A model generated the notes under the pieces. That model was given only the letters and a program-made list of their open reading frames with translations, was not told the origin of the DNA and did no database searches. DNA of 20,000 nt from Actinomycetales bacterium (GTDB taxonomy: Bacteria > Actinomycetota > Actinomycetes > Actinomycetales > CAVURS01). The position numbers were made by a program, and so were the translations under genes. How positions within the stretch are numbered: position 1 is the stretch's first letter; each line of letters begins with the position of its first letter. Below are positions 7,493 through 16,129 of this stretch, one piece after another. The stretch covers positions 107,356 to 127,355 of the forward strand of contig JBJMHS010000027.1 in assembly GCA_045807245.1 (NCBI GenBank). Reading direction: 5' to 3'.

Positions 7493-8115
7493 TGACGAAG
7501 GTGCTGGTCGTCGACAACTACGACAGCTTCGTCTACACGATCGCCGACTACCTGGTGCAGCTCGGCGCGACGTGCGACGTGCGGCGCAACGACGAGGTCA
7601 CGACCCAGGAGGCCGCGACGTACGACGGGGTGCTGCTCTCGCCCGGGCCGGGGACGCCCGAGGAGGCCGGCGTCTGCATGGACATGGTCCGCGCCTGCGC
7701 CGACCGCGCGCAGCCGATGCTCGGCGTGTGCCTCGGGCACCAGGCGCTCGGCGCGGTGTACGGCGGCGTCGTGTCGCGAGCCCCGGAGCTGTTGCACGGC
7801 AAGACGTCCCAGGTCCTGCACCAGGGTGAGGGTGTGCTGACCGGGCTCGGGTCGCCGTTCACCGCGACGCGCTACCACTCCCTCGCGGTCGAGCGCGACA
7901 GCGTGTCCGACGAGCTGGAGATCACCGCGCACACCGCGTCCGGAATCGTCATGGCGCTGCGCCATCGGTCACTGCCGCTCGAAGGCGTGCAGTTCCACCC
8001 CGAGTCCGTCCTGACCGAGGGCGGGCATCGGCTGCTGGCCAACTGGCTGTCGGTCTGCGGCGACGACGAGGCCGTCTCGCGCAGCGCGGGGCTGGCCCCG
8101 CTCGTCCGCGCCTGA
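7492..8115 (+). CDS. trpG: Aminodeoxychorismate/anthranilate synthase component II (glutamine amidotransferase)
   Basis: DNYDSF, SPGPG, GVCLGHQ, TRYHSL and GVQFHPES motifs. Could equally be named pabA. Confidence 0.95.
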   Translation: MTKVLVVDNYDSFVYTIADYLVQLGATCDVRRNDEVTTQEAATYDGVLLSPGPGTPEEAGVCMDMVRACADRAQPMLGVCLGHQALGAVYGGVVSRAPELLHGKTSQVLHQGEGVLTGLGSPFTATRYHSLAVERDSVSDELEITAHTASGIVMALRHRSLPLEGVQFHPESVLTEGGHRLLANWLSVCGDDEAVSRSAGLAPLVRA

Positions 8116-8144
8116 CCGGGCCTCCTCGCCCCCTAGCCGCCCGG

Positions 8145-8180
8145 CCCGCCGTACCCCCCGCCGTACCCCCCGCCGTACCC
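8145..8180 (+). repeat. Perfect tandem repeat, 3 x 12 bp CCCGCCGTACCC
   Basis: Copies at 8145-8156, 8157-8168 and 8169-8180. Confidence 0.9.
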
Positions 8181-8192
8181 GTCCGGTGTCCG

Positions 8193-8253
8193 TACCCCTC
8201 GAAAGCCGCTCCGGCCGCCCGATTTCGGGGTCCGGAGCGGCTTTCAGGGGGTA
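8193..8253. terminator. Long hairpin between convergent trpG and pknB (bidirectional terminator or REP-like element)
   Basis: Perfect 14-bp stem GAAAGCCGCTCCGG (8201-8214) / CCGGAGCGGCTTTC (8232-8245), outer TACCCC/GGGGTA and inner CCCG/CGGG. Confidence 0.7.
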
Positions 8254-8277
8254 AACCGGCTTTCGGAGGGCACCTAG

Positions 8278-10122
8278 CTAGCCGGAGGGCGTGTCGGTCG
8301 ATGTGTCGGTCGGCGTTGGCGTCGGCTGCCCGTTGGAGACCGTCAGCGTCACGGTCTGGCCCCGCTTGAGCACGTCACCGGCGTGGTCCTGGGCGATGAC
8401 CTGGTTGGCCGGCTGGTCGCTCGGCGCCAGCTGCTGCTTGACCTTGAACCCGGCGGCCGTGAGCTTCTGCGCCGCCGTGAGGTTGTCCTGGCCCACGACG
8501 TTCGGCACGGTGGCCTTGCCGCTCGCCAGGTGCAGCGCCACGGAGGAGTTCTTGTCGACGGTCTGGCCGCCCGGCGGGTCGGTGTCGATGACCTTGCCGG
8601 CGTCCTGTGCAGCCGACTCCACCGTGTCCGTCGTACTCACCTTCAGCCCGGCGGCCTCGAGCTCCTGGGTGGCATCGGCCTTGCTCATGCCGGAGACGTC
8701 TGGGACGCGCACCTTGTTCGGGCCGGCCGACACGGTCAGCGCGACCGTGGTGTTCGGGTCGACCTTGGTGCCCGCGGTCGGGTCCTGGCTCGCGACCTGG
8801 CCCTTCTCGACGGTGTCGCTCGGAGCCTCGGTCACCGTCGACTTGAGCCCGACCTTGGTCAGCTCGGCCTGGGCCGCGGCCTGGGTCAGGTTCGTGACGG
8901 TCGGTACGGCGACCTTCGTCGGACCTTTGTCGCCGCCGAACAGCTTCGGGCCGAAGACGAACAGCAGTACGGCGATCGCGGCCAACGCGGCCAGCGTCAG
9001 CAGGACGTACGCCCCCGCGCGGTTGGGCTTCTCCTCGTCGGGAGGCGCCGCGTGCCCGACCCCGATCGTCGCCGGTCCGCCGCCCATCGTGGACGGGTCG
9101 TATCCGCCCGCCGGCACCTCCGTCGCAACGGGCATCGCCTGGGTGGCGGCCTGGTACGGCATGGCCTCGGTCATCGCGGCCGCAGCGGCGGCGGCCTCCG
9201 CGCCGAGCCCGGGCACCGGCCCGGCCGCCACACCCGCCGCACCGCGCGCCTCGGCGCTGATCGGGTGCCCGGTCAGGACGGCTTCGGCGTCCGCGCGCAT
9301 GCTCGCCGCGTCCTGGTACCGCGCCTCGCGGTCCTTGGTCAGCGCATGCATGACGATCGAGTCGACGTCAGGGGGGATGCCGGCGACGAGCGTGCTCGGA
9401 GCGGCAGGCATCTCACCGACGTGCTGGTAGGCGACCGACACCGGCGAGTCGCCGACGAACGGCGGTCGCCCGGTGAGCAGCTCGAACAGCAGGCAGCCGG
9501 TCGAGTACAGGTCGGAGCGAGCGTCGACCGGCTGCCCCTTCGCCTGCTCGGGCGAGAGGTACTGCGCCGTACCGATCACTGCCTGGGTCGCAGTCATCGT
9601 CGCCGACGAGTCGGCCACCGCCCGGGCGATGCCGAAGTCCATGACCTTGACCGCTCCGGTCGGCGTCAGCATCACGTTGGCCGGCTTGATGTCACGGTGG
9701 ACGATGCCGGCCCGATGGCTGTACTCCAGGGCCGTGAGGACGCCGTCCGTGATCCGGATGGACTCCTGCCAGTCCAGGTGGGAGTTGGTCGACAGCAGGT
9801 CGCGGACCGTGCGGCCCTCGACGTACTCCATGACGATGTACGGCACGGTGAGGTTCGCGCCGCCGGCTTCCGGCACCAGATCCTCGCCGCTGTCGTAGAC
9901 CGCGACGATCGCCGGGTGGTTCAGGGACGCCGCGGCCTGGGCCTCTCGGCGGAACCGCTTGTGGAACTGGGGGTCTCGCGCCAGGTCCGTGCGGAGCATC
10001 TTGATGGCGACGGCGCGGCCGAGTCGGGTGTCGCGGCCGACATGGACCTCGGCCATGCCACCTCGCCCGAGCAGTGGACCCACCTCGTAGCGTCCGCCCA
10101 GCAGGCGGGGGGTGTCGCTCAC
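8278..10122 (-). CDS. pknB: PASTA-domain Ser/Thr protein kinase PknB
   Basis: LGRGGMAEV, VAIK, HRDIKPAN, DFGIAR and GTAQYLSPEQ motifs, a TM helix and about 3 PASTA repeats. AAGGAAGG RBS before the GTG. Confidence 0.96.
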   Translation of the reverse strand: MSDTPRLLGGRYEVGPLLGRGGMAEVHVGRDTRLGRAVAIKMLRTDLARDPQFHKRFRREAQAAASLNHPAIVAVYDSGEDLVPEAGGANLTVPYIVMEYVEGRTVRDLLSTNSHLDWQESIRITDGVLTALEYSHRAGIVHRDIKPANVMLTPTGAVKVMDFGIARAVADSSATMTATQAVIGTAQYLSPEQAKGQPVDARSDLYSTGCLLFELLTGRPPFVGDSPVSVAYQHVGEMPAAPSTLVAGIPPDVDSIVMHALTKDREARYQDAASMRADAEAVLTGHPISAEARGAAGVAAGPVPGLGAEAAAAAAAMTEAMPYQAATQAMPVATEVPAGGYDPSTMGGGPATIGVGHAAPPDEEKPNRAGAYVLLTLAALAAIAVLLFVFGPKLFGGDKGPTKVAVPTVTNLTQAAAQAELTKVGLKSTVTEAPSDTVEKGQVASQDPTAGTKVDPNTTVALTVSAGPNKVRVPDVSGMSKADATQELEAAGLKVSTTDTVESAAQDAGKVIDTDPPGGQTVDKNSSVALHLASGKATVPNVVGQDNLTAAQKLTAAGFKVKQQLAPSDQPANQVIAQDHAGDVLKRGQTVTLTVSNGQPTPTPTDTSTDTPSG

Positions 10123-10205
10123 GTCGTGCCTTCCTTGTCGTACGTCGTGCTGGTCGTCATGGGTCCCCCTGATCTGCGATACGTCTGGGTCATGTGATGT
10201 CTCAT
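10119..10205 (-). other. Putative 28-aa mini-ORF bridging pbpA and pknB
   Basis: ATG overlaps the pbpA stop (ATGA) and TGA overlaps the pknB start (GTGA). Translates as MRHHMTQTYRRSGGPMTTSTTYDKEGTT. Confidence 0.35.
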
Positions 10206-11659
10206 AGCCCGAGCACCGCCTCGATGACCTTCTTGGCGATGGGTGCGGCCACCTTGCCGCCGTACGCCTCGTTGCCCGCCTTGCCGCCGTCCTCGACGAC
10301 GACCGCGACGGCGACCCGGGGGTTGCCGGCCGGTGCGAACGCCGTGAACCACGCGTGCGGTGGCTTGCCCGGACCCTGCTGTGCCGTACCGGTCTTGCCC
10401 GCGACGCTGAGGCCGGAGATCTGGGCCGACGTACCAGTGCCGCCGGCCACGACGGCCTGCATCATGCGGGTCAGCTCGGCGGCCGCCTCGCCGCTCATGG
10501 CCTGGCCGAGCGATGTCGGGTCGGTCTGGCTGATCACCGAAAGGTCAGGCGCCCGAACGGATTTCACCAGGTAGGGCTGCATGACCTGGCCGCCGTTCGC
10601 GACGGCCGCCGCAACCATGGCGACCTGCAAGGGCGTCACGCGGACGTCGTACTGGCCGATCGCCGACTGCGCCGTCTGCGGCGGGTCGAGCTGGGCCGGT
10701 ACGACGCTCGGAGTCACCGGCATCGGGACGCGCAAGGGCTTTCCGAAGCCGAACTTGGCCGCCTGGTCGCGCAGTGCCTGCGCGCCGAGCTGGAGTCCGA
10801 GCCAGCCGAACGCCGTGTTGCAGGAGATCCGCAAGGCGTCGGTGAGGGAGATCTTGCCGCCCGGTCCGCATGCGCTCGCGAAGTCGTTGTGCAGGTCCAC
10901 GCTGGTCTGGGGCAGGTCCAGAGCGGCCGGCCCTGGGATCTGGCTGTCCTCGTTGAACCGGCCGGAGTCGAGCGCCGCGGCCGCCGTCACGAGCTTGAAC
11001 ACGGAGCCGGGCGGGTACAGCCGACCGGCGATCGCGCGGTTGTCGAGCGGCCGGTTCGCGTTGGCGTTCAACGACTTCCATGCCTCGGTGCTCGCCTTGA
11101 GGTCGTGCGTCGCCAGTACGCCGGGGTCGTAGTCCGGGTGGCTGACCATGGCGAGGATCGCGCCCGTCTTCGGGTCCAGCGCGACAACCGCACCGCGTTG
11201 GTTGCCCAGCGCGTCGTCCGCAGCGCGTTGGGCGGCCGGGTTGATTGTGAGCTCGACCGACGCACCGGCCGGCCGCTTGCCGGAGACCAGGTCGACGACT
11301 CGTCGGTAGAAGAGCGCGTCCGAAGACCCGGACAGGTACGAGTCCTGACTGCCCTCGATGCCACCGCCCGCGCCGTACAGGAACGAGTAATACCCGGTCA
11401 GGTGCGAGTAGAGCCGGGCCTGCGGGTACGTCCGCTGGAACTGGTAGTCGTCATGGCTTGGCACGGACCGGGCGATCGGGGTCGAGCCGACGAGGATCGC
11501 ACCCCGCTCGCGGCTGAACGTCGCGAGGAGGGTACGGCGGTTGCCCGGCTTGTCCTGCAAGGCTTTCGCGTTCACGAACTGCACCCACGTCAGTGACGAG
11601 AGCAGTAGCGCGAAGAGCAGGCTGGCGACCAGGGCCAGGCGACGGACGGGCGCGTTCAT
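10202..11659 (-). CDS. pbpA: Class B penicillin-binding protein PbpA
   Basis: N-terminal TM helix, RGAI, SxxK (GSVFK), SxN (SCN) and KTG motifs. ATG 11659 overlaps the rodA stop. Confidence 0.94.
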   Translation of the reverse strand: MNAPVRRLALVASLLFALLLSSLTWVQFVNAKALQDKPGNRRTLLATFSRERGAILVGSTPIARSVPSHDDYQFQRTYPQARLYSHLTGYYSFLYGAGGGIEGSQDSYLSGSSDALFYRRVVDLVSGKRPAGASVELTINPAAQRAADDALGNQRGAVVALDPKTGAILAMVSHPDYDPGVLATHDLKASTEAWKSLNANANRPLDNRAIAGRLYPPGSVFKLVTAAAALDSGRFNEDSQIPGPAALDLPQTSVDLHNDFASACGPGGKISLTDALRISCNTAFGWLGLQLGAQALRDQAAKFGFGKPLRVPMPVTPSVVPAQLDPPQTAQSAIGQYDVRVTPLQVAMVAAAVANGGQVMQPYLVKSVRAPDLSVISQTDPTSLGQAMSGEAAAELTRMMQAVVAGGTGTSAQISGLSVAGKTGTAQQGPGKPPHAWFTAFAPAGNPRVAVAVVVEDGGKAGNEAYGGKVAAPIAKKVIEAVLGL

Positions 11660-13053
11660 CGGACCCTCACCACCTGGGTCGCCTCGTCCGGGGCCGGCAG
11701 CGGCAACGCCTCCGGGGCCGGCCGGCGGGCGTGGTCGCTGATCCGCAGCAGCAGGGCGACGATCGACCAGTTGGCGAGCAGCGACGATCCGCCGTGCGAC
11801 AGGAAGGGCATGGTGAGGCCGGTCAATGGAATCAGGCGGGTGACGCCGCCGACGACGACGAAGCACTGCAACGCGACGGAGAAGGCCAGCCCGGCGGCGA
11901 GCAGCTTGCCGAACCCGTCGCGGACGCCGATCGACGTGCGCAGGCCGCGCTCGACGATCAGGCCGTAGATCAGCAGCAGGCCGAACAGCCCGACCAGGCC
12001 GAGCTCTTCGCCGAACGCCGGCACGATGAAGTCGCTCTCGGCGAACGGGATCATCGACGGCCGTCCCTGGCCCAGACCGGCGCCGAACATGCCACCCGCC
12101 GCCATGCCGTACAGACCCTGCACGACCTGGTAGCTGCCGCCGAACGGCTTGTTGAGGACGGCCGGGTCGAACGCGTGCAGCCAGATGTCGACCCGGTCCT
12201 GGACGTGGGCGAACGCCAGGTACGCCGTGTACGCACCGGCGGCGAACAGGCCGAGACCGATGACGATCCAGCTCCGCCGCTCGGTCGCGACGTAGAGCAT
12301 CGCGACGAACAGGCCGAAGAACAGCAGCGACGAGCCCAGGTCGTGCTCGAACACCAGGACGCCGAGGCTGGCCAGCCAGGCCACGATGATCGGCCCCAGG
12401 TCGCGTCCGCGCGGGAGGGCGACGCCCATGAACCGCCGGCCCACGAGCGACAGCACGTCCCGGTGCGTGACGAGGTACCCGGCGAAGAACACGGCCAGGG
12501 TGATCTTGGCGATCTCACCGGGCTGGAAGCTCAACGGCCCCAGGCCAATCCAGATCCGCGAGCCGTTGATGGTCTTGCCGATCCCCGGAGCCAACGGCAG
12601 CACCAGCAGCGCCAGGCTGACCACCATCGCGGTGTAGGTGTACCGGCGCAGCACCCGGTGGTCCCGGATGACCCAGAGGACGGTGATGGCACCGACGACG
12701 CCGATCGCGCTCCAGACCAGCTGGCGCAGGGCGTAGGCGTCAGTGCCGGTCCTGGTCGCCGGGTGCGCGAGGTCGAGGCGGTGGATCATCACCAGGCCGA
12801 GCCCGTTGAGCAGCGTCGCGGCCGGGAGCAGAACCGGGTCGGCGTACTTCGCCCGCAGGCGCAGGCTCAGGTGGATCGCGCCGGACAGGGCCACCAGACC
12901 GGCGCCGTAGTAGATGAGGTCCGGCGGCACCTCGTCCTGCATCGCCATGCCGACCTGCGCGTAGGCCAGCAGCACGATGCCGATCGCCAGGACCAGCAGC
13001 GCGAGCTCGACGTTGCGGCGCGACCGAGGAGCGACGGGGATGACGCTGGACAT
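11656..13053 (-). CDS. rodA: SEDS family peptidoglycan glycosyltransferase RodA (FtsW/RodA/SpoVE)
   Basis: RRNVELALL, SFQPGEIAK, HDLGSSLL, ESDFI and IPLTGLTMPFLSHGGSS motifs. ATG 13053 overlaps the pstP stop (TGATG). Confidence 0.95.
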   Translation of the reverse strand: MSSVIPVAPRSRRNVELALLVLAIGIVLLAYAQVGMAMQDEVPPDLIYYGAGLVALSGAIHLSLRLRAKYADPVLLPAATLLNGLGLVMIHRLDLAHPATRTGTDAYALRQLVWSAIGVVGAITVLWVIRDHRVLRRYTYTAMVVSLALLVLPLAPGIGKTINGSRIWIGLGPLSFQPGEIAKITLAVFFAGYLVTHRDVLSLVGRRFMGVALPRGRDLGPIIVAWLASLGVLVFEHDLGSSLLFFGLFVAMLYVATERRSWIVIGLGLFAAGAYTAYLAFAHVQDRVDIWLHAFDPAVLNKPFGGSYQVVQGLYGMAAGGMFGAGLGQGRPSMIPFAESDFIVPAFGEELGLVGLFGLLLIYGLIVERGLRTSIGVRDGFGKLLAAGLAFSVALQCFVVVGGVTRLIPLTGLTMPFLSHGGSSLLANWSIVALLLRISDHARRPAPEALPLPAPDEATQVVRVR

Positions 13054-14489
13054 CAGCCGCTCCCGCATCCGGTGTCGGGCGACGTCGTCGGCGACGTGGT
13101 CGAGGTCGTCGGGGAGCCGCTCGCCGTACTCGTTGTCGGCCGAGCGGTAGCAGTCGACGTGGTGGCGCTTGCCGTCGCGGTACCGCTCGTCGGTGACGTG
13201 GTCGCGGTCGCCGTCGGAGTCGGCGTCGCGGTGGGCGACGCGCACAAGGCTGCCTGCTGGCGGAGGTTCTCCACGACCGCGCGGGCCTTGGGCAGGTTGG
13301 CGGCGGTGATGCGTTGCTGCACCTGGTCACGCCAGTACGAGGGCAGCTGCTCGACCGGCAGGTCCTGGCGCTCGTAGACGCTGGACAGATGCACCGGGCC
13401 GACGTCCTGCGGCAGACCGCGATAGATCGCGACGTTGCCGGCCTGGGTGCCGACGAAGTACTGCTGTTGGCTCCACGCGTACGCCGCGTACCCTCCGCCG
13501 CCGACCAGGCCCAGGACGAGGACGACCAGAAGCAGGAGCATTCCCTTGTGCCGCTTCGGCTTCGGCTCCCCGGCTTCACTGTCGTCGGTAACGCCGTCGG
13601 TGTCCGAGTCGTCCGCGCCGGCTGCGGCTGCGGCAGCGGTCTGGCGGGCGAGCGCGGCCGCCTTGCCGGCAGGTGAGTCGGCCGGCGCGGACGACGTCGT
13701 GATCTCGTGCAGCGCGGCGGCGCCGACGACCTCTGGCGACGTCGGCGGTCCGGACACGCGGTCGAGGTCGACGACGTCCGCGACGATGCACGTGACGTTG
13801 TCGGACGCGCCGCCCTTGAGGGCCAGGTCGATCAGCGCCTCGGCCCGGGCGGTGACGTCGGACTCCTCGCCGAGCACCTCGGCCAGCGTCTCCTCCGACA
13901 CGACGCCGGTCAGGCCGTCCGAGCAGAGCAGGTAGGTGTCGCCCGGTTTGGCGTCGCGGATGGACAGGTCCGGTGTGTCCTCGCGCTCACCCGTCAGCAC
14001 CCGCGTGATGAGGTTGCGCTGCGGGTGGTTGCGCGCCTCGTCCTCGGTCAGCCGGCCCTCGTCGACGAGCGTCTGCACGAAGGTGTGGTCGTGAGTGAGC
14101 TGGGTCAGCGTGCCGTCGCGCAACAGGTACCCCCGCGAGTCCCCGATGTGCGCCAGCGCCAGCTTGTTGCCGCTGTGCAGGATGGCAGTGACCGTCGTAC
14201 CCATGCCGTGCAGGCTGGGCTCGGCGGCGACCCGGTCCCGCAGGTCCTGGTTCGCGTCGGCCAGCGCCCGGGTCAGCCGCTGGAGTGCGTCTCCGCCACC
14301 TGCGGCCTCGTCGTCCAGCACCACCAGCCGCGCGATCGCGGTGGAGCTGGCGACGTCACCTGCGGCGTGACCGCCCATGCCGTCCGCGATGACGAGCAGA
14401 TGCGGCCCGGCGTACCCGGAGTCCTGGTTGTTGCTGTAGCGGCCCAGACCGATGTCGGAGCGGGCCGCGTAGCGCAGGGCGAGGTTCAT
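13053..14489 (-). CDS. pstP: PP2C-family Ser/Thr phosphatase PstP (membrane anchored)
   Basis: NQDS, ADGMGGH, GMGTT, HIGDSRGY, LCSDGL and DNVT motifs, then a TM helix and an extracellular Thr/Ser/Pro-rich tail. Confidence 0.95.
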   Translation of the reverse strand: MNLALRYAARSDIGLGRYSNNQDSGYAGPHLLVIADGMGGHAAGDVASSTAIARLVVLDDEAAGGGDALQRLTRALADANQDLRDRVAAEPSLHGMGTTVTAILHSGNKLALAHIGDSRGYLLRDGTLTQLTHDHTFVQTLVDEGRLTEDEARNHPQRNLITRVLTGEREDTPDLSIRDAKPGDTYLLCSDGLTGVVSEETLAEVLGEESDVTARAEALIDLALKGGASDNVTCIVADVVDLDRVSGPPTSPEVVGAAALHEITTSSAPADSPAGKAAALARQTAAAAAAGADDSDTDGVTDDSEAGEPKPKRHKGMLLLLVVLVLGLVGGGGYAAYAWSQQQYFVGTQAGNVAIYRGLPQDVGPVHLSSVYERQDLPVEQLPSYWRDQVQQRITAANLPKARAVVENLRQQAALCASPTATPTPTATATTSPTSGTATASATTSTATARPTTSTASGSPTTSTTSPTTSPDTGCGSG

Positions 14490-14495
14490 CCCGCG

Positions 14496-15011
14496 TTACT
14501 TCCGCAGCTCGAGCACGGTCTGGCCCACCCGCAGGGTCGTGCCGGCAGCGAGGGCGGTCGGACGCTCCACCCGCTCGCGGCCGATGAAGGTGCCGTTGGT
14601 CGAGCCGAGGTCCTCGACGTACCAGCGGCCGTCCTCGGGGTAGATCCGGGCGTGCCGACCGGACGCGTAGTCATCGTCCAGGACCAGCGTCGCCTCCGGG
14701 TTGCGGCCGACCAGGATGGGGTTGCCGGACAGGTTGATGGTGGTGCCGGCCAGCGAGCCCTCGGTCACGACGATGCTGCGCGGGGCGGTGCGGCCGAAGC
14801 CCGGACCCGCAGGCTCGGCGGGGAAGCTGGCGCCGGGCGGCACCGGAGCCGCTGCCGGCCCAGGGGCCTTGCGGGCCCGGCCCTTGGCCGCCTTGGCCCG
14901 CACCTGCGTGCCGTAGATGTCGGTGCGGATCACGGCGACGACCGCGAGGACGAACAACCAGAGCGCGGCCAGCAGGCCGAGCCGAACGACAGTGAGGGTG
15001 AGCTCGCTCAT
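14496..15011 (-). CDS. fhaB: FHA domain protein FhaB/FipA
   Basis: MSELTLTVVRLGLLAALWLFV anchor; FHA motifs GR, SGRHA and DLGSTNGT. Confidence 0.92.
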   Translation of the reverse strand: MSELTLTVVRLGLLAALWLFVLAVVAVIRTDIYGTQVRAKAAKGRARKAPGPAAAPVPPGASFPAEPAGPGFGRTAPRSIVVTEGSLAGTTINLSGNPILVGRNPEATLVLDDDYASGRHARIYPEDGRWYVEDLGSTNGTFIGRERVERPTALAAGTTLRVGQTVLELRK

Positions 15012-15022
15012 GTCGGGAGGTT

Positions 15023-15907
15023 TCAGCGCTCCCCGCTGCGGAAGACCAGGCGGGTGCGGCCCATCGTGATGCCGTTGCCGTCGGTCAGGACCGCTCCTGT
15101 CACCCGGTTCCCGTCGATGAACGTGCCGTTGGTGGAGCCGAGGTCGCGGACGTGGGCGACCAGCCGCGGGCCGTCGGTGGTGACCCGGATCTCGGCGTGA
15201 CGACGCGAGACGCCGGGGTCGTCGATCACGATGTCGACGTCGCTGCCGCGGCCCACGATCGTCAACGCCCCGAGCAGGGGGTACGCGTGGCCGTCCACGT
15301 CCAGCCACGGCCGGCGCGCGGCCGGGATGTGACCGGCCTGCGCCGGCGGCGGTGCCTGCGGGAAGGTCTGCGGCTGCGGTACGGCGGACGCCGGGACCGG
15401 CACGGGAGGAGCCTGGGTGCGGACCGGCGGGGGCGGTGGGATCGCGGCTCCGGGCCCGGCGTACTCCGGCGGCGGGCTGGCCTCGGCCGCTTGAGCCGCT
15501 TGAGCCGCTTGGGCCCCGGGCTGCGCGCCGCTCGAGCCACGGACCGTCGCGGACCGCACCTGGTAGACGCCGGTGTCCAGGCCGTCGCGCTCCTCGAAGC
15601 CCACGCTCACCGGGCCGGGGAACGCGTACTGCTGGGCGTCGGCATGCTCCTGCACGTTGGCGACGAGCTCCTCGGCGAGCACATCGGCGTACTCGGTCAG
15701 CCGCGCGTAGTCGGTCGACCCGAGCTCGACGATGAACGCGTTCGGCACGAGCGTGCGGCCCCGGCCCACAACCGCGGCCCGGTCGTCCATGGCGCGGCGC
15801 AGCGCGCTCGCGATCTCGACCGGCTGCACCTCGCTCTTGAACGCGCGGGCGAAGGCGCCGTTGACGGCCTTCTCGATCCCGCGTTCGAAGCGGTCGAGAA
15901 CACCCAT
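15023..15907 (-). CDS. fhaA: FhaA (DUF3662 + Pro/Ala/Gln linker + FHA domain)
   Basis: MGVLDRFER...FARAFKSEVQPVEIA N-domain; C-terminal FHA motifs GRG, SRRHAE and DLGSTNGT. GGAGG RBS. Confidence 0.93.
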   Translation of the reverse strand: MGVLDRFERGIEKAVNGAFARAFKSEVQPVEIASALRRAMDDRAAVVGRGRTLVPNAFIVELGSTDYARLTEYADVLAEELVANVQEHADAQQYAFPGPVSVGFEERDGLDTGVYQVRSATVRGSSGAQPGAQAAQAAQAAEASPPPEYAGPGAAIPPPPPVRTQAPPVPVPASAVPQPQTFPQAPPPAQAGHIPAARRPWLDVDGHAYPLLGALTIVGRGSDVDIVIDDPGVSRRHAEIRVTTDGPRLVAHVRDLGSTNGTFIDGNRVTGAVLTDGNGITMGRTRLVFRSGER

Positions 15908-15998
15908 CCGGCACCTCCTCTCCCCGTGTCCTCCTGGGCCTCCGGCTGGGCCCGGACGCTGGGCACGCTGACGGCACCGTCCGGTGCCTGACGGCGCG

Positions 15999-16012
15999 TG
16001 TGGACAAGCCTA
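15999..16012 (-). promoter_or_regulatory. Putative fhaA-operon -10 (TAGGCT) overlapped by a perfect DnaA box TTGTCCACA
   Basis: Minus strand reads TAGGCT (16012-16007) running into TTGTCCACA (16007-15999). Confidence 0.5.
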
Positions 16013-16129
16013 ACGGCGTACGGCGTGCGCACGACTGCGTGCTAGCCTCGACGCCGGCTCCTGTACGGATATCCACACCGGATCTCCACGCCGTCCCGAC
16101 ACTGTCTGCGGGCCGGTGAACGGGGTCGA

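Noticed and set aside
15486..15512. 9-bp tandem repeat GCCGCTTGA x3 in fhaA
   Set aside because: In-frame Ala-Gln-Ala repeat within the normally variable FhaA linker; unremarkable.
8291..15991. Long plus-strand ORFs (e.g. 8383-10197, 11593-13377, 13707-15200) opposite the pknB-fhaA operon
   Set aside because: Antisense shadow ORFs expected from high-GC codon bias. They have no recognisable motifs and are fully overlapped by well-supported genes.
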